DNA from: an uncultured Acidobacteriota bacterium
GTDB lineage: Bacteria; Acidobacteriota; UBA6911
Assembly: GCA_963827655.1 (NCBI GenBank)
Contig: CAWHCF010000008.1
Span: 96,001 to 160,000 of the forward strand
Reading direction: 5' to 3'
Length of the DNA: 64,000 nucleotides
The notes under the pieces are model-generated. The model saw nothing but the letters and a program-made list of their open reading frames with translations. It was not told the origin of the DNA and made no database searches. This document shows positions 29,876 to 40,738 of the stretch, one piece after another (the stretch's first letter is position 1; each line of letters opens with the position of its first letter). The position numbers and the translations under genes were made by a program.

Positions 29876-32089
29876 GTGCCAACGATCTGTGCGGAAGATG
29901 CCCCTTCCCTGGACACACCTGAGCCTGGAGGAAAGTTCTCCGTGTTTCGAAGCTTAAGAGACAAGCTTCTGTTTCTCATGATCAACCTTTCGCTTGTCCC
30001 ACTGGCGGCGATATCGATGGTTTCGTACTTTATCGGCAGCCGGCAAATTGCCGAGGATCGCATCAAGCTGTCGCTGGAGAAGATGGCGCAAGACACGGCG
30101 GACAAGATCGACCTCATGCTGCGGGAGAAGAAAGAGGAAAGCCAATCGATGGCGACAAGCTTCGCCCTGATTTCCCCTGCGGTTGATGATCGACATCGTG
30201 CTGCCATCACACGCCTCCTGAACAACTATTGCTTCAATCACGAGGTTTACGACGCGTTGGTCATCCTGGACCGGACGGGGAAGATCGTGGCGATCAATTC
30301 GGCCGATCGAGACGGCGCGGCCCTTAAACCAGGAAAGATCGGGCAGGTCCTGGACGGCAAGATTGGTGAGTATCCCGAGGAAATGGCGATATTCAAGAAT
30401 TCTGTAGCCGGGCTTTCTTCTCAACGAGACTGGTATCAGTCGAAGCTGGTGGCGAGTCTCTATGATTACAGGAAGGAGGATATCAGCCATCAATTCAACA
30501 TCGCCTTTTCGGAGCCGATTCGGAACCCATTCACCCATGAGATTGTGGGAGTCTGGATCAATATCATTAACTGGTCCTACTTCCAAAGCATTCTGGACCG
30601 GGTGGAGGCCGACCTGGAGAGTTTGAGGCTCCGCACGGGATACGCCTTCATGTTCGCTCGAGATGCCAACACAATTATCGCCCACAAGTACCGGGCTCAG
30701 CGAAGTCCAGTCGAGGGGATGTCCGAGAGACCCGAGACCTACATGAATCTCTATCAAACAAGGCTGGTCGAGGACCTTGGGCTGCAGAATCTGCACGACG
30801 CGGTCAAGCGCAACGAGCGCAGCTATGGTTATGAATTCCCCAAGGATAACAGCAAGATATCCGGACTTTATCCTATCGACGACACCTCTTTCGGGTGGGT
30901 TGTCGGTGTCGGGATCGATGGCGCGGATATCTTCAGACCGATCCAAAATATGAAGTGGCTGCTTATCGGAACCTTCGTATTGACCGCCGCTCTAGTGGTA
31001 TTCTTCACGTACATGGTTGCCCAAGGGATCACGATCCCTCTCAACAACCTCATTCGAACCACCAAGACGATCGCACAAGGCAACTTCAACGAGCGCGTGC
31101 AGATTCGTTCCTATGACGAGGTAGGAATCCTGGGTTCAACCTTCAATGATATGGCCCGAGCCCTGTCTGCACGTGAAGAACAGCTGCAGGAGTTAAACAA
31201 GAATCTCGAGAGCATGGTTCGGCAGCGTACCAAGGAGCTGGAAACCTCTCATGAAGCGCTGAAGCAGGCTTATCTCGATCTGCAGAGCACCCAGGAGCAG
31301 CTCGTGCAGACGGAGAAAATGGCGTCCCTGGGACAGCTTGTGGCAGGAATAGCGCACGAAATCAAGAATCCCCTGAACTTTATTTATGGCAACACAGGCT
31401 TCCTGTCCGAGTACACACAAAAGCTGCAGGAGCTTTTGGAGGCCTACGAGAAGCTCCCAAGCTTGAGTCCCGAGGATCGCGCCTGGATGGAGAAGATCAA
31501 GGACAATGCCAACTACGCGTTCGTCAAGGACGATCTGAAAGTTCTGGTCGACAATTTCACCGAGGGAGCTCGGCGCATCAATACGATCGTATCAGACCTC
31601 CGTACTTTCTCCCGGATGGATACAGATGCGGTCTCCGAAATCGATCTCCACGCAACCCTCGACATATCACTGAATCTACTGCGGAACCAGTATAAGAATC
31701 GGGTGGAAGTTCATCGCCAGTATGGCGACATTCCGAGGATCCAAGGTTATTCGGGGAAGTTAGGCCAGGTGTTCATGAATCTTCTGTCCAACGCGTTTCA
31801 CGCGATCCAGGGGAAAGGCGATGTCTGGATTCGGACCCGTTCCTCCAACGGCATCGTGGATGTGGAAATCGAAGACAGCGGGTCAGGCATTCCGAAAGAG
31901 AACCTGAATCGCATTTTCGAACCTTTTTTTACGACCAAACCCGTTGGGCACGGGACCGGGCTGGGCCTAAGTATCAGTTACGGCATCATCGAACAGCATA
32001 ATGGAAAGATCAAGGTGGCCAGCACGCCGATGAAGGGGAGCGTGTTTACGGTTCGGTTGCCGGTATATCAGGAAAGAGCAGGAGAATGA
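29876..32089 (+). CDS. Membrane sensor histidine kinase (Cache-like periplasmic domain, HAMP, HisKA, HATPase)
   Basis: Two TM segments, [44 protein letters not shown] and [15 protein letters not shown]. Confidence 0.93.
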   Translation: MPTICAEDAPSLDTPEPGGKFSVFRSLRDKLLFLMINLSLVPLAAISMVSYFIGSRQIAEDRIKLSLEKMAQDTADKIDLMLREKKEESQSMATSFALISPAVDDRHRAAITRLLNNYCFNHEVYDALVILDRTGKIVAINSADRDGAALKPGKIGQVLDGKIGEYPEEMAIFKNSVAGLSSQRDWYQSKLVASLYDYRKEDISHQFNIAFSEPIRNPFTHEIVGVWINIINWSYFQSILDRVEADLESLRLRTGYAFMFARDANTIIAHKYRAQRSPVEGMSERPETYMNLYQTRLVEDLGLQNLHDAVKRNERSYGYEFPKDNSKISGLYPIDDTSFGWVVGVGIDGADIFRPIQNMKWLLIGTFVLTAALVVFFTYMVAQGITIPLNNLIRTTKTIAQGNFNERVQIRSYDEVGILGSTFNDMARALSAREEQLQELNKNLESMVRQRTKELETSHEALKQAYLDLQSTQEQLVQTEKMASLGQLVAGIAHEIKNPLNFIYGNTGFLSEYTQKLQELLEAYEKLPSLSPEDRAWMEKIKDNANYAFVKDDLKVLVDNFTEGARRINTIVSDLRTFSRMDTDAVSEIDLHATLDISLNLLRNQYKNRVEVHRQYGDIPRIQGYSGKLGQVFMNLLSNAFHAIQGKGDVWIRTRSSNGIVDVEIEDSGSGIPKENLNRIFEPFFTTKPVGHGTGLGLSISYGIIEQHNGKIKVASTPMKGSVFTVRLPVYQERAGE

Positions 32090-33504
32090 AGAAGAAATAT
32101 GAACTGTTGCTGGTCGATGATGAAACAGCCAACCTGCAAAAGCTTCAACGGACTTTCGTGGACCAGTACGTGGTCCACCTCGCCCAGTCGGGCGAAGAGG
32201 CGCTGAAGCTGCTACATAGAGCTTCCATTGACGCCATCATCACCGATCAGAAAATGCCCAACATGACGGGCATTGAGTTCCTGGAAGCTTCGCAGAAGGA
32301 CTTCCCCAACCTGGTGCGAATCGTGCTCACCGGCTTCACTGAAGTCGAAGACCTCATTGCCGCCATCAACACCGGGAAAGTGCACAAGTACATAACGAAG
32401 CCGTGGGAGCCTGAAGACCTGCGGCTCGCCGTGCGCGAAACCCTGGAACGGATGGAACTACAGCGTGAGAATGAGCGGCTGGCGGCCGAATTGAAGCTGG
32501 CCAACGAGAGACTCCGGACGGAGAACATCATTCTTCGTCAGGAAGTCGAGAAGGAGGTTCACCCGAATAACATCATCTATGGCAGTTCCGAGATGGAGAA
32601 CATTCTCCGCCTGTTGAAAAGAGTCACCGGAACGGAAACCACCGTCCTGATTCAGGGTGAGACCGGAACGGGAAAGGAGCTTATCGCCCGCTACATCCAC
32701 ATAGAAAGTAACCGGAGCGATCAGATCTTTATACCGGTGAATTGCGGGGCGATCCCCAGGGAACTGGTAGAAAGCGAGTTTTTCGGTCACGCGCGCGGCG
32801 CCTTTACCGGAGCCAGCCAGGAGAAGAAGGGATTCTTTGAAATGGCGCACGGCGGAACCATATTTCTCGATGAGATTGGCGAGGCGCCGCCCGAGCTTCA
32901 GGTCAAACTCCTTCGAGTGATTCAAGAGGGCGAGATCATGCCGCTCGGGCTCCATCAGCCCCGGAGCGTTGACGTCCGAATCATCGCGTCGACCAACCGC
33001 GATCTCAAGGCTGAGGTTGAGGCCGGGCGCTTCAGGCAGGACCTGTATTTCCGGATCAACGTGTTTTCCGTCACTATCCCCCCCTTGCGCGAACGCACGA
33101 GGGATGTTCTGCCTCTGGCGGAGTTCTTCCTGAAACAGTTTTCAACCAAGTTGAACCGCCGGGTAGCGGGCTTTCGGGAAGAGACCTGCCGGCTTCTCGA
33201 AGGTTACAGCTGGCCTGGCAATGTCCGCGAGCTGCAAAACGAAGTCGAGCGGCTGGTCTTGCTGGCCGAACCCGATAAAGCCATCGGTCCCGAATACCTT
33301 TCGGATTACGTCCGCCAACGCACCCGTGCCGTTCCCGGGCCCGACGGCAACCTGAAACGAGCAGTTCAGCACCTCGAAGAGGAAATGATCCGTGCAACCC
33401 TTCAGCGCTTCAAAAACAACAAATCCCAGACGGCTCGCGCCCTCGGAATAAGCCGCCAGGCGTTGATCGACAAGCTCAAGCGCACAAAACTGTATTCAAA
33501 CTAG
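32086..33504 (+). CDS. Sigma54-dependent response regulator (REC-AAA+-Fis HTH)
   Basis: LLVDDE, TDQKMP, GETGTGKE, intact GAFTGA, FLDEIGE, WPGNVREL and NKSQTARALGISR. Confidence 0.95.
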   Translation: MKKKYELLLVDDETANLQKLQRTFVDQYVVHLAQSGEEALKLLHRASIDAIITDQKMPNMTGIEFLEASQKDFPNLVRIVLTGFTEVEDLIAAINTGKVHKYITKPWEPEDLRLAVRETLERMELQRENERLAAELKLANERLRTENIILRQEVEKEVHPNNIIYGSSEMENILRLLKRVTGTETTVLIQGETGTGKELIARYIHIESNRSDQIFIPVNCGAIPRELVESEFFGHARGAFTGASQEKKGFFEMAHGGTIFLDEIGEAPPELQVKLLRVIQEGEIMPLGLHQPRSVDVRIIASTNRDLKAEVEAGRFRQDLYFRINVFSVTIPPLRERTRDVLPLAEFFLKQFSTKLNRRVAGFREETCRLLEGYSWPGNVRELQNEVERLVLLAEPDKAIGPEYLSDYVRQRTRAVPGPDGNLKRAVQHLEEEMIRATLQRFKNNKSQTARALGISRQALIDKLKRTKLYSN

Positions 33505-33512
33505 TTACGCTA

Positions 33513-33594
33513 TGTCTAGTTAGTTTACAGCGTTAAGTTATTCCTGTTTAATGGTTTATGTATATTTAACCAGCAGATGCCAAATTACTCGACA
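33513..33594. promoter_or_regulatory. Candidate enhancer sites for a sigma54 activator
   Basis: Two 17-bp imperfect palindromes, TGTCTAGTTAGTTTACA (33513-33529) and TGCCAAATTACTCGACA (33578-33594), in AT-rich DNA upstream of the -24/-12 site. Confidence 0.45.
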
Positions 33595-33695
33595 ACTTCA
33601 GGACTCCCTGCTTCAGACTCTCGCTATTCCTCATCGATCCGCTAACTTATAATAACAGCTAAAGTTACATTGATTTTAAAGACCTGCCCGCGCTT

Positions 33696-33712
33696 TGGGC
33701 ACTGGTTTTGCA
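33696..33712 (+). promoter_or_regulatory. Sigma54 (-24/-12) promoter
   Basis: TG-GGCAC-TGGTT-TTGCA gives GG-N10-GC with near-consensus GGCAC and TTGCA, 50 nt before the ECF start codon. Confidence 0.75.
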
Positions 33713-33761
33713 ATAGATTTCCCGTCTAAGGTTGGAATTTGAGATTCGATCGAGGAGAACC

Positions 33762-34370
33762 ATGAATTTCACGGCTGAGATGAAGGATGAGATGAACACG
33801 CGACTGCTACAGCGCTGCAAGAGGAACGACCCGGATGCGTGCAACGCCCTGTTCAGCATGTACAATCGAAGGATTTTCAACACGGCGTATCGGATCCTTG
33901 GAGAAGAGGCGTCAGCAGAAGACGCGTTGCAGGAGACTTTGCTGAATGTCTATCGCGGGCTGGGCAGCTTCCGAGGAGATTCCAAATTCTCTACCTGGAT
34001 TAGCAGAATAACCGTGAATGTCTGCCTCGGGATGTTGCGTCGAGGAAAGAGCAAGCCCGTGATGGATCTCGAAGAGGATTTGGCGAGTGAAATCCCGGCC
34101 GCAATCACCCCCAGCATCGATCCCCTGGAGCATGCGTCATTAGAGGAACTCCGGGATCTGATCGAACTGACGTTTCAAAGAATGTCGAACAAGCAGGGAA
34201 TCGTAGTCCGGCTTCATGATCTGGAAGGAAATACGATTCAAGAGATCTCACGCATTATCGGTTGTCCCCTTGGAACCGTAAAATCAAGACTGTTCTATGG
34301 CCGGCAGGAGTTCAAAGAGATCTTCAATTCCATGACACGCAATGCTTACTGTACCGCCACGGTACAGTAA
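33762..34370 (+). CDS. ECF sigma-70 factor (no adjacent anti-sigma)
   Basis: AEDALQE, FRGDSKFSTWISRITVN and IGCPLGTVKSRLFYGR. AGGAG ribosome-binding site. Confidence 0.92.
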   Translation: MNFTAEMKDEMNTRLLQRCKRNDPDACNALFSMYNRRIFNTAYRILGEEASAEDALQETLLNVYRGLGSFRGDSKFSTWISRITVNVCLGMLRRGKSKPVMDLEEDLASEIPAAITPSIDPLEHASLEELRDLIELTFQRMSNKQGIVVRLHDLEGNTIQEISRIIGCPLGTVKSRLFYGRQEFKEIFNSMTRNAYCTATVQ

Positions 34371-34384
34371 CGCCTCGCTCGTAT

Positions 34385-34447
34385 TTCTTAGCGTCTTCGT
34401 GCCTTCGTGGTTAGCGCACTGTAAGACACGAAGAAACACCAAGAATC
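34385..34447. repeat. Nonamer-type palindromic repeat (ACACGAAGA family)
   Basis: TTCTTAGCGTCTTCGTGCCTTCGTGGTT ... AAGACACGAAGAAACACCAAGAA. Related copies near 43876, 48155, 53429, 54259, 55730, 60377 and 62177. Confidence 0.75.
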
Positions 34448-34530
34448 TATATCCCGAATAGATTGGGTCCCGCCCTCATGCGGGGCCATGGTAGAATCTG
34501 AAGCTTGCTCTGGGTACAGCCGTCCCATCT

Positions 34531-35428
34531 ATGTTTCGGAACTTGAAGGCACGTCATCGCTCGACTCGCCCGCCGGACAAGATCAAGCACCTCACTTTGA
34601 AGGTGCCGCGGTCCGCCGAGGTGGAGGAGTATGTTCCGCGGCTCTATTTCGAGGCTCGGATCGATTTAGGCGACGTTCGCTCGGGTTTTCGTGATACGTA
34701 CAGCTTGAACAAGGCCCTGGAGATCCATCCCATGGAAGGCGATGTGATGTGGACTCCGGACATGGCGGTGGCCGTCGATACCTCCCTGATTGAGCTGGGC
34801 TTGCCGCCAAGGGAAAAGTCACGGGAACTCCCCGACTACCTGGACGCAGCCCAGATATCGCGGCTTGAGACGCTCTTCCTGGCTTTCCTGATGCGCTATT
34901 TTGAAGTGCGCGTGTTCAGGAACTTCGCGCTCAATGTGTATTCGGGGCCCGGCGAGAGTTTGGAGGATTTCAAGCTGCGCTGCCTGGATATCCTCGGCGA
35001 GACCTTTCGCAGGGATCTGGATGCCTTGCATGAGGTGCTGGTCCGAAAACTGGAGCAGCTCCGCGAAAAGGACTTGCGAGAGAGCGCCGGCCTTACTTCA
35101 ACCCTTGATTTCGATATCGCGAAGATTGATTCCCAGGTGAAGAGCAGAATACATGACGTTTCGGAATCGATCACAAGCCTCTTCCTGAACACCGAATTGA
35201 GTCTCAATTCAAACCAGGACGCGCCTTCCTATCCCTCTCCGACGACGGAATTCGATCAGCGGCTGTCGCTCCTGGAAACCGAGACGCGGCATGCAAATCC
35301 AGCGTCTGACGGGTCTGTATCAGGACAGACTCCGGAACATCGACGAATACGTGGTGCATCCGAATCTGAAAGACATTCATCTGGTTCGAACTTGCATCTT
35401 GTGGATGCCGGCCGAGGCGATGTCATGA
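34531..35428 (+). CDS. Hypothetical protein with helical/coiled-coil C-half (apparent frameshift near 35290)
   Basis: The alternative frame continues [14 protein letters not shown]...[13 protein letters not shown] to a TGA that overlaps the mnmA ATG. Confidence 0.6.
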
Positions 35429-36552
35429 GCAGATTTCGAGTGGCCGTCGCGATGAGCGGAGGAGTCGATAGCTCGACGGCGGCTGCTATTCTCAAAGAGC
35501 AGGGATACGATCTGGTGGGATTCTCCATGCAGCTTTGGGATCAAAGAAGGAACGGCTCGGCGGGGGACGAGCACCGAGCGGGCCGTTGCTGTTCCCTCGA
35601 TGATCTCTATGACGCCCGCAGTGTCGCCGCCCGGCTCAAGTTTCCGTATTATGTGCTCAACTTTCAGGCAGAATTCGAGCAGGCAGTAGTGAGAAACTTC
35701 ATCGAGAGTTATCGAAGCGGCTACACGCCTTCTCCGTGTGTCCTATGCAACTCGCATCTGAAGTTTGATCACCTGGTGCAGATGGCCGACGAAGTCGAAG
35801 CCACCCACGTGGCAACCGGGCACTACGCGCGAGTGAAGCATGACCCCGAAACCGGCCGCTACTTGCTCTACAAGGGACGCGATCGTGATAAGGATCAATC
35901 CTATTTCTTGTTTGGACTGACGCAGAATCAACTGGGCCGGGCCATGTTCCCCCTGGGTGAGATGGAGAAGTGTCAGGTGCGACGAATCGCCCGAGAGCAC
36001 GGCCTGGAGGTAGCCGACAAGGCTGAGAGCCAGGAGATTTGTTTCATACCGGATGGAGACTATGCAGGCTTTATCGAGCGCCAATTCAGTGAGGTTTGCG
36101 GCGACGCTCAGGATTCCCATCCATTCAGGGAGGGGGAGATTGTCGACGAATCCGGGCAGATCATAGGAAAGCATCCGGGCATTCATCGCTTTACGATCGG
36201 CCAGCGGCGCGGATTGGGCGTTGCAAGTGGAAAACCGCTTTACGTCATAGATGTGATCCCTGCGGAAAACCGGATTGTTGCCGGCGAGCGCCGGCAACTG
36301 GCGAGAGCAAACTGCCGTGTCGAGCGCCCGAACTGGATATCGATTCCGTCCTTGGAAGCGCCGCTTCGAGCGGCGGCAAAAATTCGATCGCGTCATCCGG
36401 AAGCCCCTGCCACGATCAGGCCTTTAGGGAATGGAGATCTGGAAGTTGAGTTTGACTCCCCGCAGTTTGGTGTTTCGCCGGGTCAAGCCATCGTATTTTA
36501 TCAAGATGAGCAGGTCGTGGGCGGAGGCTGGATAGCTCGTCACCCCTCATGA
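35425..36552 (+). CDS. mnmA: tRNA-specific 2-thiouridylase MnmA
   Basis: [48 protein letters not shown] and PGQAIVFY motifs. Confidence 0.97.
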   Translation: MSRFRVAVAMSGGVDSSTAAAILKEQGYDLVGFSMQLWDQRRNGSAGDEHRAGRCCSLDDLYDARSVAARLKFPYYVLNFQAEFEQAVVRNFIESYRSGYTPSPCVLCNSHLKFDHLVQMADEVEATHVATGHYARVKHDPETGRYLLYKGRDRDKDQSYFLFGLTQNQLGRAMFPLGEMEKCQVRRIAREHGLEVADKAESQEICFIPDGDYAGFIERQFSEVCGDAQDSHPFREGEIVDESGQIIGKHPGIHRFTIGQRRGLGVASGKPLYVIDVIPAENRIVAGERRQLARANCRVERPNWISIPSLEAPLRAAAKIRSRHPEAPATIRPLGNGDLEVEFDSPQFGVSPGQAIVFYQDEQVVGGGWIARHPS

Positions 36553-37697
36553 GACGAATCCTCATTGTAGCTGGCGAGGCTTCCGCCGACAGATATGGTG
36601 CCCGTCTGGTTCGCAGGCTGCAGGCGAGACGCGGGGAAGAAGAGCTTCGTTTCTATGGCACGGGGGGTGATGAGATGCAGCGCGAAGGCGTGGAACTCCT
36701 CTGCCACATACGTGAACTTGCAAGCATCGGCCCCCGGGAAGCGCTGGCGAACTTAACGAAATACTTCGAAACTTTCCAGAATCTAGTCCGGGTCTCTCAA
36801 AAGGATCCGCCGGCGCTCGCCATACTACTCGACTTTCCCGAATTCAATCTGCGGCTGGCCAAGAAGTTGAAACGGGCAGGAATAAAGGTGGTCTACTACA
36901 TCAGCCCCCAGCTTTGGGCCTGGCGGAGCGGGCGAGTTCGCATCGTTCGCCGGTATGTTGACAAGATGCTGGTTATCCTTCCTTTCGAGGAGGAGTTCTA
37001 CCGGTTACGTGGAGTCGACGTCGAATTCGTAGGGCATCCATTGCTGGAGGATTTTAGTCCAAACCTCAATCGCGTGGCGTTTCTGCGCCGGCTCGGTTTC
37101 GATCCCGAGCGCACGACCGTTGCTCTGCTCCCGGGTAGCCGGCGCAAGGAAGTGGAGTATATGCTTCCTACGCTGCTGAAGACTGCGCAGCGTATCCTCC
37201 GACGAATACCTGCCCAGTTTCTAATCTCGGCGGCTCCCGCGCTGGAAAAACAACATCTGCTCCGGATTGTCCGGGAAGGGCTGCGCGATGATCTCGAGGC
37301 TCCCTTCTTCAAAATCGTGACCGTCGATGCTCGCGACATTCTCGCCAATTCGGATTTCGCCTTCGTCAAGAGCGGCACCTCCACGCTGGAGGCTGCGCTG
37401 GTGGGGACGCCATTCTTGATCATCTACAAAATCTCGCCCGCGAGCTGGTATTTGGGCAATATTCTCATTCGTACTCCCTTTAAGGGGCTGGTAAACTTGA
37501 TTGCGCGAGAAGAGATCGTACCGGAGTATTTGCAGCGCGATGCCACCCCGGAGTCCCTTTCCCATGCGGCGCTCGAGTATCTCCAGAATTCAGAGAAGGC
37601 TTCCAGGATGAAATCCCGCCTGTCGGGAATTCGTGAGAAGCTGGGAAAGTATTGCGCCTCGGAGAGAGCAGCCACGACGATTGAGGGTTACCTCTAG
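36549..37697 (+). CDS. lpxB: Lipid-A-disaccharide synthase
   Basis: [42 protein letters not shown] and IVPEYLQ motifs. Confidence 0.96.
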   Translation: MRRILIVAGEASADRYGARLVRRLQARRGEEELRFYGTGGDEMQREGVELLCHIRELASIGPREALANLTKYFETFQNLVRVSQKDPPALAILLDFPEFNLRLAKKLKRAGIKVVYYISPQLWAWRSGRVRIVRRYVDKMLVILPFEEEFYRLRGVDVEFVGHPLLEDFSPNLNRVAFLRRLGFDPERTTVALLPGSRRKEVEYMLPTLLKTAQRILRRIPAQFLISAAPALEKQHLLRIVREGLRDDLEAPFFKIVTVDARDILANSDFAFVKSGTSTLEAALVGTPFLIIYKISPASWYLGNILIRTPFKGLVNLIAREEIVPEYLQRDATPESLSHAALEYLQNSEKASRMKSRLSGIREKLGKYCASERAATTIEGYL

Positions 37698-37739
37698 TTC
37701 TCCAGGTTTTCCTGGGAAGGGTTGGGTAGGAGAAAAACA

Positions 37740-39752
37740 ATGAGTCACAAGCGGTTTCCTCTGGTTGTGCTCGCCGTCGTTCTGGCCGGCCTTGCGCCGG
37801 GTCTCTATCCGCAGGCAAAGCGGGCCGCCGGGAAAATGCCCCAGATCGATGTCGAACACTATGCCATCCAGGCTTCGCTGAATCCTGATGCTCACGAGAT
37901 CAAGGCAACCGCCTCCATAATCTTCAAGCCGTTGGAAAACACCGATATTGTTGTGTTCGAGCTAAGCGAGAATCTGTCGATTCAGAAGATCACGACTGAA
38001 CAGGGGGTCGAACTTGAATTCGGCCAGGATGAAAGCGGTCCGGGGATTGTTTCGGTTCGATTCCCTCAGCCACTCTCCTCCGGGAAGGCGATGACCATTA
38101 AGGTGGAGTATTCGGGAGGATTCGACCAGGACCGGTACAGCCGCTTTTACGCCCGAGACCAGAGCAGTGCCTATATCGGCCAGGAGGGGACCTACCTGCT
38201 GTACTCGGCAAAGTGGTTTCCGGTTAGCAAATTTCTCGTGGACCGGGCTACGGCTTTCTTGGAGGTCACCGTGCCACTCGGAATCACCGTGGTCGGTCCT
38301 GGAACCCAGCAACCCGTGGTCACGAAAGGGATCACCGAAACCTTCGGCTGGCTGAGCAAGCAGCCCATTCTGCCCAACACGATCGTTGCCGGACGATACT
38401 TCGAAAAGAAAGTGCGATCCGGCAACATCTCGATAGACTGTTTCGCGCGAGAGGATCACCTGGCAGCCATTGAAAAACAAGCTGAACTGGTGGGAAAGAT
38501 TCTTGAATACTACAACCAGACCTTTGGGCCTGCTTTATCGGGAGACAAATTCAGGCTGGTTGAAGTAGATGATAAGCTCTCGATGCAGCATGGAACCATG
38601 GGCTCCATCTTCATTACGCGCCGGGAGCTGACCTCCCCTTCGGTGCGTCAGCTGGCGCGCAGGGTTGCCTATCAGTGGTGGTTGGAATCGGTGGGAGTGC
38701 AGAGCACGGAGGACCTCTGGTTGGTGGATGGCATGTCGTACCTTTCGGCGGCGCTTTACCTGGGACACAGCGGCGGGCCGGATGTCATGCGAGAGGAGCT
38801 CAATAGCCTGGCAGTCCTCGGGTTGAAGTTCGAAAGCAAGAGCGCGATTCGAGTGGGACTGGGTCTGGGTTACCGGACCGAGCCTTATGAGTCCGTGGTC
38901 GCGGGCAAGGGAGCATGGGTTGTCAACATGCTTCGCCATGTGCTCGGTGAACCAAAATTCAATGAGCTGCTCCGGCAGTACGTAAAGGAATACGCCGGAC
39001 GCGGAGGTTCGACGGCAGGTTTTCAGAAGCTGGCCGAGCGAATCTATGGAAAGGAACTGGGCTGGTTTTTTTCGGAATGGATCGACACGATTGGAGTGCC
39101 CGAGCTCCAGACCAGCTATGTCGTATTCAAAACCCCCGACGGCTTTCGTGTATCAGGAAGCGTGACGCAAGACCGCGACCTCTTTCGAATGCCTCTGGAA
39201 ATCGAGGTGCAGACGAAAGGGAAGACCGAGAGGGGATCGATCGAGGTTACCGGCAAATCGAGTACGTTTGATATCAATGCCTTTACCTTGCCGACCAGGG
39301 TAGTCCTGGACCCGGAAAACAAGATTCTTCGAGACTCCAAGGAACTGCAGATCTCCGTTCAGCTGTCCTTGGGCAACGACCTCAAGGAAAAAGGTGATTT
39401 CGTAGAGTCCATTCGGGCCTTTGAGAACGCAATCAAGTTGAACCCCCGCAGCTCTCTGGCCCACTTCCGGATGGCGGAGGTTTTTTACGAACAGTTTAAC
39501 CTGCAGGCGGCGGCAAACTCATTTCGCGACGCTCTCAACGGAGACAAGAATCCGAGCTGGATCGAGGTTTGGTGCTATATCTATCTGGGAAAAATCTACG
39601 ACATCCTCGGCCAGCGACAGCGAGCCCTGGCCGAGTACAATAAAGCCATCAACACAAAAGATGACACGAACGAAGCTCAGGCCGAGGCTCAGAAGTGGCT
39701 GGCGACTCCGTTTACCAGAGAGCGCACCACAATGGACAAAGAATCAAAGTGA
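37740..39752 (+). CDS. Exported M1-aminopeptidase-fold protein with C-terminal TPRs, lacking HExxH
   Basis: Signal peptide. LARRVAYQWW...DLWLVDG replaces AHExxHQW...WLxEG. KGAWVVNMLR, LGWFFSEW, LDPENKIL, then TPR helices. Confidence 0.8.
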   Translation: MSHKRFPLVVLAVVLAGLAPGLYPQAKRAAGKMPQIDVEHYAIQASLNPDAHEIKATASIIFKPLENTDIVVFELSENLSIQKITTEQGVELEFGQDESGPGIVSVRFPQPLSSGKAMTIKVEYSGGFDQDRYSRFYARDQSSAYIGQEGTYLLYSAKWFPVSKFLVDRATAFLEVTVPLGITVVGPGTQQPVVTKGITETFGWLSKQPILPNTIVAGRYFEKKVRSGNISIDCFAREDHLAAIEKQAELVGKILEYYNQTFGPALSGDKFRLVEVDDKLSMQHGTMGSIFITRRELTSPSVRQLARRVAYQWWLESVGVQSTEDLWLVDGMSYLSAALYLGHSGGPDVMREELNSLAVLGLKFESKSAIRVGLGLGYRTEPYESVVAGKGAWVVNMLRHVLGEPKFNELLRQYVKEYAGRGGSTAGFQKLAERIYGKELGWFFSEWIDTIGVPELQTSYVVFKTPDGFRVSGSVTQDRDLFRMPLEIEVQTKGKTERGSIEVTGKSSTFDINAFTLPTRVVLDPENKILRDSKELQISVQLSLGNDLKEKGDFVESIRAFENAIKLNPRSSLAHFRMAEVFYEQFNLQAAANSFRDALNGDKNPSWIEVWCYIYLGKIYDILGQRQRALAEYNKAINTKDDTNEAQAEAQKWLATPFTRERTTMDKESK

Positions 39753-39758
39753 GGGCGC

Positions 39759-39954
39759 CGATTCGGATTGCGGATTTCGGATTGCGGATTGATAATACCT
39801 CGATTTCAGGCAATTCCGGATCGGTTGTTCTAAACGAGAGACAGTTCCGCCGGTTCTGGGGTTCTATCGCGAATCACAGACGAATGTTCGACCCCTCCAA
39901 TCCCTCATCCCCAGTCCGCAATTCACAGTCAGACACAGTCCGTAACCCGCAATC
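39759..39954. repeat. Inverted heptamer-repeat element (CGGATTG type)
   Basis: CGGATTGCGGATTTCGGATTGCGGATTG ... degenerate CAGTCCGCAATTC..GTCCGTAACCCGCAATC. Confidence 0.75.
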
Positions 39955-40504
39955 GTTAGCCTGGGGTAAGGTCGCCCAGAAACTGCGCGTCCCTGCAGGC
40001 ACGCTCCTGGGAGTGGTATTCCTCGTCCTCATGCACCCCTCCCGGCGATCGCTCTGGATCGGAGGAGTCATTGCAGGCGCCGGCGCGGTGCTTCGGATCT
40101 GGGCGGCGGGTCATATTGAGAAGGGAAACGTACTGGCACAGGGCGGCCCTTACGCGCTCACCCGCAATCCTCTTTACCTGGGATCCTTCTTCATGGCTGT
40201 CGGAATCTTGATCGCAGGGCAGGGTTATTGGCTGCTGATACCCTTTGGGCTCTTTTTTGTGTCCTTCTATTACGCGGTCATGCGAGCGGAGGAACAGGAA
40301 CTGGCGCAGCGGTACGGCGACCGTTTTGGAGAATACGCAAGAAGAGTCCCGCTGTTTTTGCCCAGTTTCAGCGGACCGGCAACGAACCCCTCTACTTTTC
40401 TTTGGTCCCGGGTGATCAGGAACCGCGAGCATCGCACCACCCTGGGACTCTTCTTCACGCAGCTGTTTCTGGTTCTCAAGAGCTGGGTCGAAACGTCCCC
40501 CTGA
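39884..40504 (+). CDS. ICMT/PEMT-family integral membrane methyltransferase (start uncertain, could be GTG at 39749)
   Basis: LRIWAAGHI, GPYALTRNPLYLGS and EEQELAQRYGDRFGEYARRVP motifs. Confidence 0.85.
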   Translation: MFDPSNPSSPVRNSQSDTVRNPQSLAWGKVAQKLRVPAGTLLGVVFLVLMHPSRRSLWIGGVIAGAGAVLRIWAAGHIEKGNVLAQGGPYALTRNPLYLGSFFMAVGILIAGQGYWLLIPFGLFFVSFYYAVMRAEEQELAQRYGDRFGEYARRVPLFLPSFSGPATNPSTFLWSRVIRNREHRTTLGLFFTQLFLVLKSWVETSP

Positions 40505-40738
40505 TTTCCGCTTATCCGGTTGATCGCCAAGAAGGTCAGAGAAACTATAAGACTAGGGGGTTCACTCTATATAGAATTCAATGGACGCGGCAGCAAAAAG
40601 TTGGTAGCTTTGGGCCCGTGCATTTGTTTCTTTAATCGTGGGTTAGGCCCGCCTGTTTCGACGCGGGTCGACTCAGCGGAAGGAAAGATCATTTCGGACG
40701 ACTGAACCAAGCACCGGCACAACGACGAACGGGGTGGA

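Noticed and set aside
34531-36552. 673-aa ORF suggesting a novel N-terminal fusion to MnmA
   Set aside because: The upstream protein continues sensibly in another frame and stops at a TGA overlapping the mnmA ATG (35425). A single indel near 35290 explains the apparent fusion.
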